Below, in pieces: positions 27,444-40,289 of a stretch of DNA of 64,000 nt. How positions within the stretch are numbered: position 1 is the first letter of the stretch; each line of letters starts with the position of its first letter. Origin of the DNA: Octopus sinensis (taxonomy: Eukaryota). Below the pieces are notes generated by a model. That model worked only from the letters and a program-made list of their open reading frames with translations. It was not told the DNA's origin and ran no database searches. Where the stretch lies: NCBI RefSeq assembly GCF_006345805.1, contig NC_043010.1, forward strand, positions 36,828,001 to 36,892,000, read 5' to 3'. A program made the position numbers and the translations under genes.

Positions 27444-27685
27444 TGAATGGATTTGGTAGACAGAAACTGAAAGAAGCCTGTCATATATATGTGTGCATCT
27501 TTGTGTCTGTCCCTACCACCATTTGTTTACACCTCCCCCCAATAACTTAGCAGTCCAGCAAAAGAGACCGATAGAATAAGTACCAAGCTTTAAAAAACAA
27601 AAAGTACTGGGGTTGATTTATTTGACTAAAGATTCTTCAAGATGGTGCCCCCAGTATGGCCACAGTCTAAACACTGAAACAAGAT
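27444..27685 (+). mobile_element. SINE family A (5' truncated)
   Basis: GGATTTGGTAGACAGAAACTGAAAGAAGCCTGTC...CAAAAGAGACCGATAGAATAAGTACC...GGTGCCCCCAGTATGGCC. Confidence 0.8.
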
Positions 27686-29839
27686 ATATGCATGTGCGTG
27701 ATTGCAGCATAGAGGACACATGTTAACCATTGAGAAACACACAAAGACCATTAACTTCACAAACACTTACAACCAGTAATATGGTGTCAAATTTTCATCA
27801 CTCAAAATCACAACCTGGTCACTGACAAACATGAGCAATATCTCTACCAAATGTGTGTGTGTGTAGTCATTTTTACTGACTTACACTGAGAGAGTTGTAT
27901 CTGTCAGAGGTTGGAGCAATTGTTTTAACAGCCAGATACCTCTTTCTACCACTCAACTGTAAAGTAGGAGTGAAAAGCTGCCCCCCCTACACAAACACAC
28001 AATGAACACAAGCACACTCAGAATTTTAGGACCATGCAATCATTACAGTGCCATTAATCTCAAAGCATTCATTGTTCTCGTGATTATATCATGTATAAAA
28101 AGAAAGACGTGTGAAAAACTGGAGGGAAAAAACATTGTGACTTCTTGTGGTATGAGGAATTTTCCTAGTGTAAGAAAGTGACATGTGACCCAGTTGTTGG
28201 TTAGCCACAGGACAATCTTTAAAGGCCAACACAATCAAAGGCATTCTAGCAGTAACTATCATGTCCTTTTACATTTCTTCTTCCCTTTTTATGTAATCTT
28301 ACTAGATCTACATTAAGTGTCTTTACTTTCTTCTTTTTCTGCTTTTAAGATATCATGAAGTGATTTGAACTAAATTTAGCTGCTATTTCTAACAAATCAA
28401 GTAACCACAGGGATGTTCCCTTGCCTGCTTTGTATGACCAGAAGGAATATTGGAATGTTACTTTTATGACAGCAATTTTCTCCATCCATTCCCATACCCC
28501 AAAGATTTGTAAACTATCATAATTTACTTTTCCAATAATGCCCTTGGTAAAAAACAAAAAGCATCAACATTATAACTTCCTTTGTAATTCCTCTTCTGAG
28601 CACCTCAAGGTTCATAAATATGTAGCTAACATTTAAATTATCCATCATGTAATTGAACCAGATGCTTGGCATACAAATAATACAGGAAAGTCTGATTGAT
28701 AACTTCGTTCTGAAAAGGTTAAACAGTTTTGTGAATATAAAAATTACTTTTAAATATTCTTTAAAAAAATTATTTAGATGGCAAAAAAAGAAATGATAAA
28801 AGGTTAAATAAATTGAGATTTTTAAAAAATTGCACAAAGCTAGTTTGAACAAGATACTTTAGAGAATAAATTGATTCAAATAATTTTAAATAAATTGATT
28901 CAAATAATTTTAAGTAAATTATAAAAATAATTCACAAAGAAATTTGAACAAATTAAAAAATAAATCATGACAAATTTTAATCACTTAATGTGTTAATTAC
29001 TTCCGTACTTTCTACATAAAATAAAAACCTTATGAAGAGTATTAAAAAAACTAGATAAGTACTATGAAGAATATTGAAAGAAGAATTTGTTCGATTTTCT
29101 TCATTATTAACCAATAATCAACTAATCAACAAATTTATTAATATCCAATTAAGTTTAAAATGCATCTTCAATCTGGAGCCCAAGGCATTTTAAGGAGTAG
29201 AATCTACCTTGCTCCATTCCAATATTATCCTAATTCCCTAGACAACTGGCATCTAGAACCAAAAGTACCTTTATATATGGTTAACTATATTAGAGAAGAA
29301 AAAGTCTTGATTTAGATACTATCCCTGGCTCTAATGAGCCAATGAGAACTTTCATACGATGTTGCTTAACCCCAGGTCAGTCCTTACTGAGTAATCAAAT
29401 TAGAAAAGACATTTTATCCATTTTCTGTATCTCAATCTACATTTGTGACAAGTTCATTTTGAGATAGCAGTGTTATTTACAGGGGAAGGAGAAGAGTGGT
29501 GTCCTGCTACTTTTAAAAGGCCAAACAATGACGTAGAAGCATCATCACTGATTCAACCATCCTCCATGTGGTTACTCAACCTGCATGAAATAGCAGCCAA
29601 AAAATATACTTTGCTTGAAAATAGATGGGATGGTCATGGCTGGAACATCTTTGATCATGAGCCTGCTACACCAGTGCTGCCAAGAATCTAACCACTAACC
29701 TGAGTTTACAAGATCATTGGTTCACATATTACCATCAACACTGCTTTGTGCTCCTCATAAAGGAGCACTTTTGCTGCTTGGATTCAACAGTTTGAAAATA
29801 GAACTTGTTTACTTAGCACTGGACACCTTTGTTAAACCA

Positions 29840-30195
29840 ATTCTTCACCCACTACCATTTACTTGAATTAATTTTGAAAATAATGAAAAATTTAGTAAAA
29901 CACTTTTGTCATAATTACTACTTTAGCATTTAAACAGGCCATATCCAGTCAAAATATTCTACCTGTTTTATCTCCAAACTGGCTAAATCTGGCCTCTCAT
30001 ACTTCCTTTACAATATTATTCTAAAAATAACAACTGAAATCTCTAAGCTATAAGGTAATGCTTGACTAATTCAAATTAATGAAAATAAACGGCATAGCAT
30101 TTGACAGAGAAATCTGAATGTTAAAGAAGTAAACTGGTGCTTCGAACAAACAAACATGAAATTTTAATGGAATGTTTCAATTTAGACCACTTTAA
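29840..30195 (+). mobile_element. MITE family G interrupted by a family F insertion (~29921-30128)
   Basis: G sequence ...AATTTAGTAAAACACTTTTGTCATA stops, a complete F copy follows, then G resumes with ACTGGTG...ACATGAAATTTTAATGGAA. Confidence 0.65.
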
Positions 30196-30229
30196 TGAAA
30201 GCAGTTCCAATCAAAAAACCTGGGACAGT

Positions 30230-30585
30230 TTCAGACTATCTTTTGACCAAAAGACCCCCTTCGATCATGAATGACCATGGGATTACACCTAGAGAGTTAC
30301 CCTCTGCGGCACAAGTCCAAGCAAGGTTGTTAATGGAAGACCAGCAGTTGCCTATGCATACCAGCCTCTCGTCTCCATGTCACCAGTGTTATTCAAGAGA
30401 AAAGCAAAGGCAAATACAGCTTGGCACCAGTGACGTCGCAGCTCATTTCTATAGCTGAGTGAACTGAAGCAATGTGAAATAAAGTATCTTGCTCAAGAAC
30501 ACCACATGCAGCCCAGTCCAGGAATTGAACTCACTACCTCATGATTGTGAGCCCAACACTCTAACCACTGAGCCATGTACCTTGA
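30230..30585 (-). mobile_element. SINE family E (tRNA-derived head)
   Basis: Minus strand reads TGGCTCAGTGGTTAGAGTG (A box)...GAGTTCAATTCC (B box)...CTTGAGCAAGATACTT...CACTCAGCT. Related copies at ~49395-49600(+), ~52460-52600(-) and ~550-600(-). Confidence 0.8.
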
Positions 30586-31331
30586 CTACATGAATAGAAA
30601 TAGGTAAATTCCATCATCACCATTATGTTATTTCAAAAGAAATTTTTAGTTATTCCTTTCTCATATCCTTCATCCCTAAAGTTTCGTTTAAGGGAATTTT
30701 CTGTCTGAGCAAGAACACTGTTGCTAAATGCAATTCCAAACTGTAATAGCCTCATTTGTGCTCAAAAGAGAACTATTAATGAGCTTAGAAATTGGAAACA
30801 TTTTCAAGATACACACAAGAGGGGCTGTATACGCGATATAATCTAAAACTCACAAGGGGGACTCTTGAGAAGCTGACACAGATTTATACTAATTGATTCA
30901 ACTTTTGGAGTCACTGAGATGTTTAGGTTACAGTGCTGGAAATTTAACTGTACGAATGAAATGCAACTTTTCTTGATATATATCATCATCATCATTTAAC
31001 ATCTGACTTCAAGACACACATGGGTAGGACGGTTGATAGGAGCTGGCTAGGGAGAAGACTACTCCAGGCTACTGTGTCTGTTTTTGCAAGGTCTTTACGA
31101 TTGGATGCCCTTCCTAACACCAACTGTTGTTCCATTAATGCAAGATTCAATAAAAAGAGTACTCCGTCCAGTGAAATTTAAGAGCCTCTAATAGTTTCTT
31201 GCCATTAAAACATATGGTTAGACAGGTTTCTATAACAAGCCTTGTGTCTCAAATATATATTCAGGCTCTGAGCACCTCAACTACTTAACATAAACCCAGC
31301 AAAACAGCGGAGCTTGAAATATATATATATA

Positions 31332-31542
31332 TTCTTTTATTCTTTTACTTGTTTCACTCATCTGACTGCAGCCATGCTGAAGCACTGTTTTTAGTTGAAT
31401 AAATTGACCCCAGGACTCATTCTTTGTAAGCCTGGTATTTCTTCGACCGGTCTCTTTTGCTGAATCACTAAGTTATGGGGATGTAAATACACCAACATCA
31501 GTTGTCAAGCAATGGTGGAGGGACAAATACAGACTCACACAC

Positions 31543-31578
<36 letters not shown>

Positions 31579-31701
31579 GACAGGCTTCTTTCAGTTTCTG
31601 TCTACCAAATCCACTCACAAAGCTTTAGTTGGCCCAAGGCTACAGTAGAAGACACTTGCCCAAGGTACCATGCAATGGGACTGAACCCGAAACCATGTGG
31701 T
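31332..31701 (-). mobile_element. SINE family A with an expanded internal (TA)n
   Basis: Colinear with 22700-23060; (TA)~15 at 31546-31575 replaces the short central spacer. Confidence 0.85.
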
Positions 31702-34008
31702 TTTATATATATATATATATAGATAGATAGATAAAACACTCAGCTCAGAAAATTGCAAACTTATTGTTTATTGAAAAGACAAGGTTTAAAAGCTTTGGTC
31801 CTACCATTGTTGATGATACTTGTATTTTAGCTTTCAAGTAAATATTTACCACTGAGATCTCAAGCTTGTTATGATCACTCACACACACACACACATAAAC
31901 TGCAAGCTACCAAAGTGTGCTACAATATGCTGCATATTGGCCTTAAAGTCACAAAATAAAAACAAGGTAAAATATCACACTTACTCAAGTACAGAATCCC
32001 TTTCTAAATGACGAATGGATAGATATCAAATATAGAAAAAGACATCTTTAGCAAGCAAGCTTTGTTCAGAGTAATTAACACATCCTTATAAATAAATAGA
32101 GAGAGAGAAAGAGAGACAGACAGACAGACAGGTAGAGTGAGGAAGAAAGGGGAGTGGTAAAAAAACAAAGGTCAAAGCAAATCGGAAATTGACTATTTTG
32201 CACTAAACAGATCACACGATTGTTAAACATTCTTAATTATTTTGAACGTAAGTACGGTCACAACTCAAGAACAAAGTGGCAAAAGAAGAATAGGGGGGAA
32301 AAAAAACAAAAGATATACACATACGCCTTCTGCAGGAAATACTAAATAGATAGCTGAAGGCCGAGAATAGCCCATCAAACTAAATGACCGACGACTGACA
32401 ACTGTTCAGAATCACTATTAATTTACATACCAAAAGTGTCTTTGGATTGTAACAACTCTAATAATAAGTTGGAGCAACCAAAGGGTACTTTGTTCATGTA
32501 ATTAATCCCCCATCACTGCAGACTGGATTTCTAGTTTACTCTTTGGGTGCCATATTATACTATTACATGCACAAACAGAAAAAGAGAAGTAGGTGACAGT
32601 GATTATGTGTACTTAAAGGTATATGTATGCGAGAGAGAGAGAGGGAGGGAGCATGGGTGTATTTTCATGGTGACACATGTACTAGCATCTGGCCAAGCCT
32701 GCCCAGATTTGCCTGACTTGATCATGTCATCATGATCCCATACAGCATTCAGAGGGTTATCAGGGCATTGTCGCATATTTGTACAGAGCTGTTTGATGAA
32801 GATATATGTACTGTTTGATGAAGGTATATGGACTACAGACACGCAATATCTTAAGAGACATTAAAAAAGAAAAAAGAAAATGCCAGGTTTTAACTGCGGG
32901 GACGATAATGAAAAATGAAATATAATGCCATGTCAAAGTATCAGGCTACAATTCTGAAGATAAAATACCAATTTTACAAATATATTCCTGTATGCCATAT
33001 GCATTATTGTGCTTGCTAAAAATGTTAAGTAAATAGCTCAACTTCAATATGTCAATACTAAAAAAATATATTCAAATACAGTTAATTTATTTGATGCTGG
33101 TGACAATAAGTATTATTACAGTATTCAAATATTGTTATAATTTTTTTTACTGTAACAACAAAAATTTCATTTCACTTTCAATTTGGTAGATATTGATGCT
33201 CTAACAAAGAGCAAAGTTTACAAATATTTTGGATAATCTAGGAGTAAGGAACTTTTTTTTTTTTTTTTTTTAATATTTGAAGACTGCACTACATGTAATC
33301 CATTATTAAAGAAATTTCTATTAATTGGTGATGAAGATGATGAATTGTCAAAATGCAAATTATAAACCATCATAAATATTAACTGACCCTTTAATAACTT
33401 CAAGAAATCAAAAATACGTTAATAAATATAATACTAAGTAATAACACAAAAATGTACATTTTTAATTCAAACTCAAGGCTTTCTCCCAGAAAGCCATATT
33501 TGGATCAGTGTATGTCAATCAGTTTCGGGCAAATTGTAGCCCTGCATGACTTTCTGAATTGGCATGCTTAACAAAAAATTACCTTGAATTTTTTTTTAAT
33601 AGTGTATGTAGCCTGCCTGATGATGACCATGTCTCATAAAGCCTACTTCTGCAAAAAGGTCACCTATGCCTGGTGTATATTAAATTCCATTGACCTGAAG
33701 GGCAAGGCCAGCTTCAGTGGTATTTAAACTTAGAATGTAAAAGGCCATAAACTGAACACTTTACAACATTTCATCAAATGCTCTAACGGTTTTGTTAATC
33801 CTGGTCAATAGCAAATCAAATAATTCTACAAAATTGGGAGAAAGATAAATAGCCTCACTTTTTTTTTATTATAAGTTTAATTCTTCATATCCTCAAGATA
33901 TATAACATGCATACCAGTAATATAACTATTAAGTTGATTCATCAATATCTGTCTTCTATAAATTCCTAACTATAAATGCCAATGTAAATAAAACAAAAAT
34001 TACTATTC

Positions 34009-34186
34009 ATCATCATCATCATTGTTGTCTAACGCCTGTTTTCCATGCTGGCATGGTTTGGGTGGCTTGACTGAGGTCTGGAGAGCCAGCGGCTGCACCA
34101 GGCTCCAATCAGATCTGGCAATGTTTCTACAGTTGGATGCCCTTCCTAATGCCAACCACTTCAAGAGTGTAGTGGGTGCTTTTTAC
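34009..34186 (-). mobile_element. SINE family C
   Basis: CATCATCATC...CTGTTTTCCATGCTGGCATGG...GGCTGCACCAGGCTCCAATCAGATCTGGC...GGATGCCCTTCCTAATGCCAACCAC. Confidence 0.85.
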
Positions 34187-34189
34187 AGG

Positions 34190-34380
34190 TAATGGATTTG
34201 CAGAATCATTAGCATGTCAGACAAAAAAAATGCCTGTTGTATTTAGTTGCAACTGTTTCACATTCAGAGTTTAAATCCCATTAAAGTCAACTTTACCTTT
34301 TCATCCCTCCAGAATCAATAATAAAAAGTACCAATCAAACACTGGAGTACATTGCTACTGACTAACTCCTACCCCCAAAT
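34190..34380 (+). mobile_element. SINE family D (degenerate)
   Basis: TTTGCAGAATCATTAGCATG...CAGAGTTTAAATCCC...CCTTTTCATCC...AAAGTACCAATC. Confidence 0.7.
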
Positions 34381-34589
34381 GGGTTGAGGGTAATTTTTAA
34401 CCATATCCATTAATTCTTTCAGAGTTTTCTTGTAAATTGATTTTGAATGTTCCAGTATAAAGAAAAACAAAGTTTATTGTTTTCTGTCATCAGCTGGAAT
34501 ATAAAGTACTACTTCATAAATGAGATGTCAATTACCTTAATTATCATAAACGAATATCAATTCTCTCTCGCTACCTGCTACAATAATCC

Positions 34590-34830
34590 TGAGCAGACCA
34601 AAGCCTTTTGATTGGATTTGGTGTAGATGGAAACTGAAAGAAGCCTGTCGTGTGTGTCTCTTGATAGTGCATGACAGATGAAAACGAGTGATCATGGGAA
34701 AATATTACTTTATTTGGAAACAGGTAAGGGTTGGCAACAGAAGAAGGAGGATCCAACCATAGAAAATCTGCCATCACAAATTCTGTCTGACTCATACAAG
34801 CATGGGAAAGTGGATGATGAAATGACAATT
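34590..34830 (+). mobile_element. SINE family B (family A-like 5' part joined to a C-like RTE tail), truncated
   Basis: GGAAACTGAAAGAAGCCTGTCGTGTG followed by GGAAACAGGTAAGGGTTGGCAACAGAAG...GAAAATCTGCC...CAAGCATGGGAAAGTGGA. Confidence 0.7.
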
Positions 34831-36070
34831 GATACACACACATACACACAAGAAAGAGACAGACAGACAGACAGACAGACATCATCATTTAACATCTGTT
34901 GTCCATGCTGGTATGAGCTGGATTAGACAAACATTACCTAAAACAATTTTCCAATTATAACCTATTAAAAAAAAAAAAACATGTGTGCCCAACAACAGAA
35001 GTATTACAAGTTTCATCAATTTTGTTTGTAGTTACAACCATATCTTTTCTCAAAATCAAATTATTTATATAGCGAAGGGCAAATCAACAAACTCCCAGTT
35101 AAGTTTCACTTAAAACAGTAATACTCTATTTCACCTATGAAGACATGAATTCCAGCCTCTAACTCACTGTATCCATCTACTTCCCTTGTGAACTTGAGGT
35201 TTCAGAAACTGATATCAGCTTTTGACAGAACAGTACATCATTATTTACAAACATACACACCCCTACTCTAAACACACATTTTCTTCTACTAGTCTAAACT
35301 AAAGTTTCATTTGGTTGGTTAAAAAATATAGCTTTCACTCACAATGTCTTCATATACTGAAAGAACACACTGTTTGAGCCCCTAAAGGATTGACTGTTGG
35401 TAAAGGAAGAGCAGTGGACAATAGTAGAATGCTATCCCCAAGAGTGTAACAATCAAAAGCAAACACAAAGACCAAGTCTTTAGAGGAACAACAAATGACA
35501 ATAAAGCAATTCATTATTTTGGCACAGAGCCACAGATGTTTTAATCTAAGAGGTATTGTTGACTAGCACTTGTGCTTTATGAACCAGAGAATGAACTTAT
35601 ATATATAGGACACAGTATTGACTTATAAACTATAAATATACTTGATGGTATATTATGGTCGCAAAATGAGATGTGACAACGTCCCAACCAGCAATTAATA
35701 TGGATGCACACGAATGTGTTTAATATGTAAATTAGTCTATCCAACTGTTTTACATCACTAAACTTAGTGGTTATTTAAGCAATGCATTTATGGATAAATA
35801 TTTAGGACTTTGGCACTGAAGAAGGAGCAATAACACCTGAAATACGTATATACATCCATTACCTATTTTTCTGTCTTCAATTGCATTGTTTACATAAATG
35901 TATTCGTATACAAAACACTTAACTTTCAAAACTGGCTTCTCTTATTTCTATAGAAAATCTGTAGAGATACACTTTATTATTATTTAATTATATATATACA
36001 TATATACATACATACATTTATTATATTCATCATCATCATTTACCGTCCGTTTTCCATGCTAGCATGGGTT

Positions 36071-36087
36071 ATTATATTATATTATAT

Positions 36088-36159
<72 letters not shown>

Positions 36160-36160
36160 T
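36071..36160. repeat. (TATAT)n/(TA)n microsatellite
   Basis: Directly visible; source of the YI-repeat ORFs 36064-36273 and 36087-36344. Confidence 0.95.
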
Positions 36161-36555
36161 CGCACACATCCACACACGTGTGGATGCAAATAAGTACTAA
36201 GAAGCATTTAGTCCAGAATTCTTTTGAACTGTCACAAATTTGTAGTGATGCAATGTTAAATAATCTGATATAACTGATATTTATTCTACCAAATCTGAGA
36301 AATGAAAGATAAATGGAATACAAACTAACAACATAAAAGAACACAATGAGGAAGAGGAAGAGGAAAAAAAAACTTTATTGTTCCTAACATCCACTGGTGC
36401 CAGCAACAATAAGATGATGAAAAACAGATCCAATCCTAACTGAATAACTTTTTCCTTAATGTGAGCAATTCAGATGAACTTATTTTTTTATTTAATTTCA
36501 CTTTATTTACTTATGTGTTTACAGCTGAGTAAGAAACAATAACAGTGGTTAGTTT

Positions 36556-37096
<541 letters not shown>

Positions 37097-37189
37097 CAGC
37101 TAAGCAAACTGCCTCTGAACCAAAGGACATCTTACAGGGGTCACTTGAAATCTCTCTGGCACTACACTTCACCTACCCAATCAATACCA

Positions 37190-37450
37190 CGCCATATGAT
37201 GTAATGGTTAAGAGCATGGGCTACTAACCCCAAGATTCTGAGTTTGATTCCAGGCCTGAATAATAATAATAACAACATCGAAAAATACCTGAGGAATGGG
37301 AACCCAGGTTTTAAATTTCCCCAAGACACCTGATGAAGGCTGGAGGGTATATCAGCCGAAACGTTGTGTTAACAACAAACAAGATGAGGGCAAATATCCG
37401 TCAAATGTAAATAATGTACATAATTCCACATCTCTTAAATATAGAACTGT
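37190..37450 (+). mobile_element. tRNA-headed, hammerhead-containing non-autonomous retroelement (SINE/retrozyme-like)
   Basis: A-box-like TGATGTAATGG (37197-37207), 7-nt anticodon-like loop CTACTAA (37221-37227), B-box-like GAGTTTGATTCC (37240-37251), a (TAA)n spacer, then the hammerhead at 37325-37370. Confidence 0.7.
37325..37370 (+). ncRNA. Minimal type I hammerhead ribozyme motif (Penelope/retrozyme-like)
   Basis: Stem I GACAC(37325-29)/GUGUU(37366-70); core CUGAUGA(37330-36) plus an extra A; stem II GGCUG(37338-42)/CAGCC(37353-57); GAAA(37358-61); palindromic helix III (A)ACGU(U); predicted cleavage 3' of GUU at 37365. Confidence 0.75.
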
Positions 37451-40289
37451 ATAATCAATACCAATGGAAAAAATTGAATAATTAAGTCCTACATACAATG
37501 CAAGCTGGTACATGGATTAATTAGTGATGTACTCACTGCCACTGCATTAACTCAGAATCCTTCAGCTGAGAGTACAATAGTCTCTCCACTTTAATGCAAC
37601 TTATCAAGCATAGAAATGCTGGATAACGGTGAAAAATCTGTCTTCATCACCATTAATTTTCTTGGGAAAAGCATGATACCACAGCTTCACCCAAAATGTG
37701 AAGCCTTTATGAACAGCTAAAATAGATAAACATTATGAAATAGGTCAGCAGTGGTCTTCAACTTGACCTTCAATATATGAAGGTTTATCCAACAAAAAAT
37801 CGTTGCTCTTCATAGAATTAAAATACATGGACCCTGTATGCCATCTTTGACAAGCTAGAAACAACAGCACAATCAATCTATGTCTTAGCAAAAACAAAAA
37901 GAAAGAAAAATATACATAGATGTATGTCTAAGAATATATCATCCAAAGTAAAACAATATATAGCAATAAAAAATGTTTGATAAAATACAATCAAACCAAA
38001 AGTTGCATCAATTCTAAGAATTGAAACTTTTACTGAGAAATATCACTACAGAGCTTCTTGATGATGATGATGATGATGACGACAATGATGCTTTGTATTT
38101 CAAAGAATCTAGTTACCTGACCAACAAGTTACAAAATATACCCCCAAACCCCAGATTGGCTTTAAGGGCTAGAGTTTACATCAAATTGATGTTAATAAAT
38201 GGATGAAAGACAAATCTCCATCTGGATAAACCAGTAATCTGGTATCTTTTCTTAATGGCTAAATAAATTGAGGTGTACAGAATTAAATGTACTTAAACTG
38301 AAGTACCACCTTGAAAACATCAAAGGTGACTCAGCCACACAAAACATCTATTTTCTATATCCTAGTCCATGGAAAGACTTGTACTAATTATTATTTGTGA
38401 GCTAACAAAGCAGGCATTAATTATGAAGTGCTTCCTGGAACAAGCTTTACAGTTAAGTGGATTAAGATGACAAGTGTTCCAAGCTATGGATATTGTACAG
38501 TAGCTGTAAGGATAGGAAGCAACAGCTGTTTGACCAGCTACCCAATGACCAAGACCTTCAGTGACTCCTATTGGCTCTCTAAGTATGTCGGCAGCACAAA
38601 GGATTTAATGTGTATCAATGTTATCTAGGAGATAAATGTCATCTGTTGGCTACTTTCCACCAGGAAACTCTGTAAGCAACCATGACCTCATGCAATTTAA
38701 ACTTACCATTTTTAAAAGATATTATGAGTTAGTATATTGATATGCTGACTAAAAGAGTAGTCATTACTATTTCATTACTACTCAGTCATTGGATCCTTTA
38801 GCAAATAGCAAGGCTTCTATTGGTGAGGTATGACCATTTGCACATACACATTCAGGGTTAGGAAAGACTGTTTTGTCTCTGAGGAAGACAGATAGATGCT
38901 GATGCATGCAAGTTACTCTTCTCCATGCCACCAATGCTATCCAAAGAGAGAGGCTACTGATCTGTGCCCAGGTATTGCTATCAGAGCATAAAAAACCAAA
39001 ACAGATACTATAAGACATCTCTGCCCAACTCTTTAAAGGGTTTACAAATTCACAGTCCTGGAATTTTTTTTTTTTTATCAACTCTGAAAGGAAGAAAAGC
39101 TAAGTTAACCGTGGCAGGATTTGAACTAGGAATGCAAGGAGCCAGAACAAATAACCTGAGACACACTTTACCAACTCATCACTTATAACCAAATCACCGA
39201 ACTGTAATGAAAAAAAAATGATTTGTCATAGAACAAAAGTTGCAATAAAGTGGCATTTAGCCCTAATTATGACTTCAAAAGCTCATCTGTTCCATTAAAC
39301 CTATATTTCCTATACAAGGATATCCAAGTTTCATCTCTAACCCAAGAGGCCAGATAAACTAAATTCTGACAGAAGTTGATTTGGTATTACATAATGTTTT
39401 ACAATTTCTGATTGGATAACATATGTATAAAAATTGAGTCAAAGGAAGAATTGGATTATTTCTAAAGGAATGTTCCTAGATAAAAAGCACCCAAGCTTCA
39501 GTGATATATTAACAATAATAACAGTTTCTAACATTGGCATATTAGGAAAGGAGGAATAAGTCAACTGAATCAAATCCAGAACTTGATTGTAACTTAACAC
39601 AATAATGATGATGATGAATTCTTTATTAACCACAAAGGGTTAACAAAAACAAAGGATGGCACAGGACAAAATATTGAGCATGTGTAGTAGTAGTAGTAGT
39701 AGTAGTAGTAACAACTACAATAATAATAATAAAGCTTCAAATTTTTGCACAAGGCCAGCAACTTTTTTGGAGATAGGAGTTAGTTGATACTATCAATGCA
39801 AGATTTGACCTCAGCAGGATTTCCATTTCAGACTGTTAAAATGGCACAGGGCATATTTTTCTGACACTAACAACTCTGCTAGATCGCAGCCGCACATCAA
39901 CAACAACGATAATAATGTTACATTGGCTCCAGGCCACAAATATATAAGGGAGATATAGAGATACGAATAAACCCCTAGTGTAGTATTGATACTGATTTTA
40001 TTGACCAGAGACAAAAGAAAGGAAAAGTGTATCCAAGAGTGATTTGTAGTCATAATGCAAAGGAATAAATACAACTGAATGCTGTAAGGCATTTTATCTT
40101 GTTATCAACTGATTTTGACAACTATTGCAGCTTTACCAATAATATCTTATTGAACTACGAAGCACTTTCTTACCAAGTAATAATTTACTACAATTACTTA
40201 ACTGGTGTTGCATTCTACTCTGCATTAATATTTTCAGGAACAAAAACAAAAGGAAAATAAAAATAAAAGGTATCCAATCAATTTCAAGA

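Noticed and set aside
28866-28913. Perfect 24-nt tandem duplication (also an imperfect 22-nt one at ~32790-32833)
   Set aside because: Only two units with no spacers; ordinary slippage duplications, not CRISPR-like arrays.
30195-30458. 87-aa ORF with ordinary amino-acid composition
   Set aside because: It is largely the antisense reading of SINE family E.
33500-33560. Minus-strand GGGC-loop-GCCC-GAAAC resembling hammerhead stem II
   Set aside because: The upstream sequence is TCATGCA rather than CTGATGA, and no stem I is present.
37190-37257. Possible functional tRNA gene
   Set aside because: The anticodon and acceptor stems do not pair properly, A/B boxes show decay and there is no poly-T terminator; it is a SINE head.
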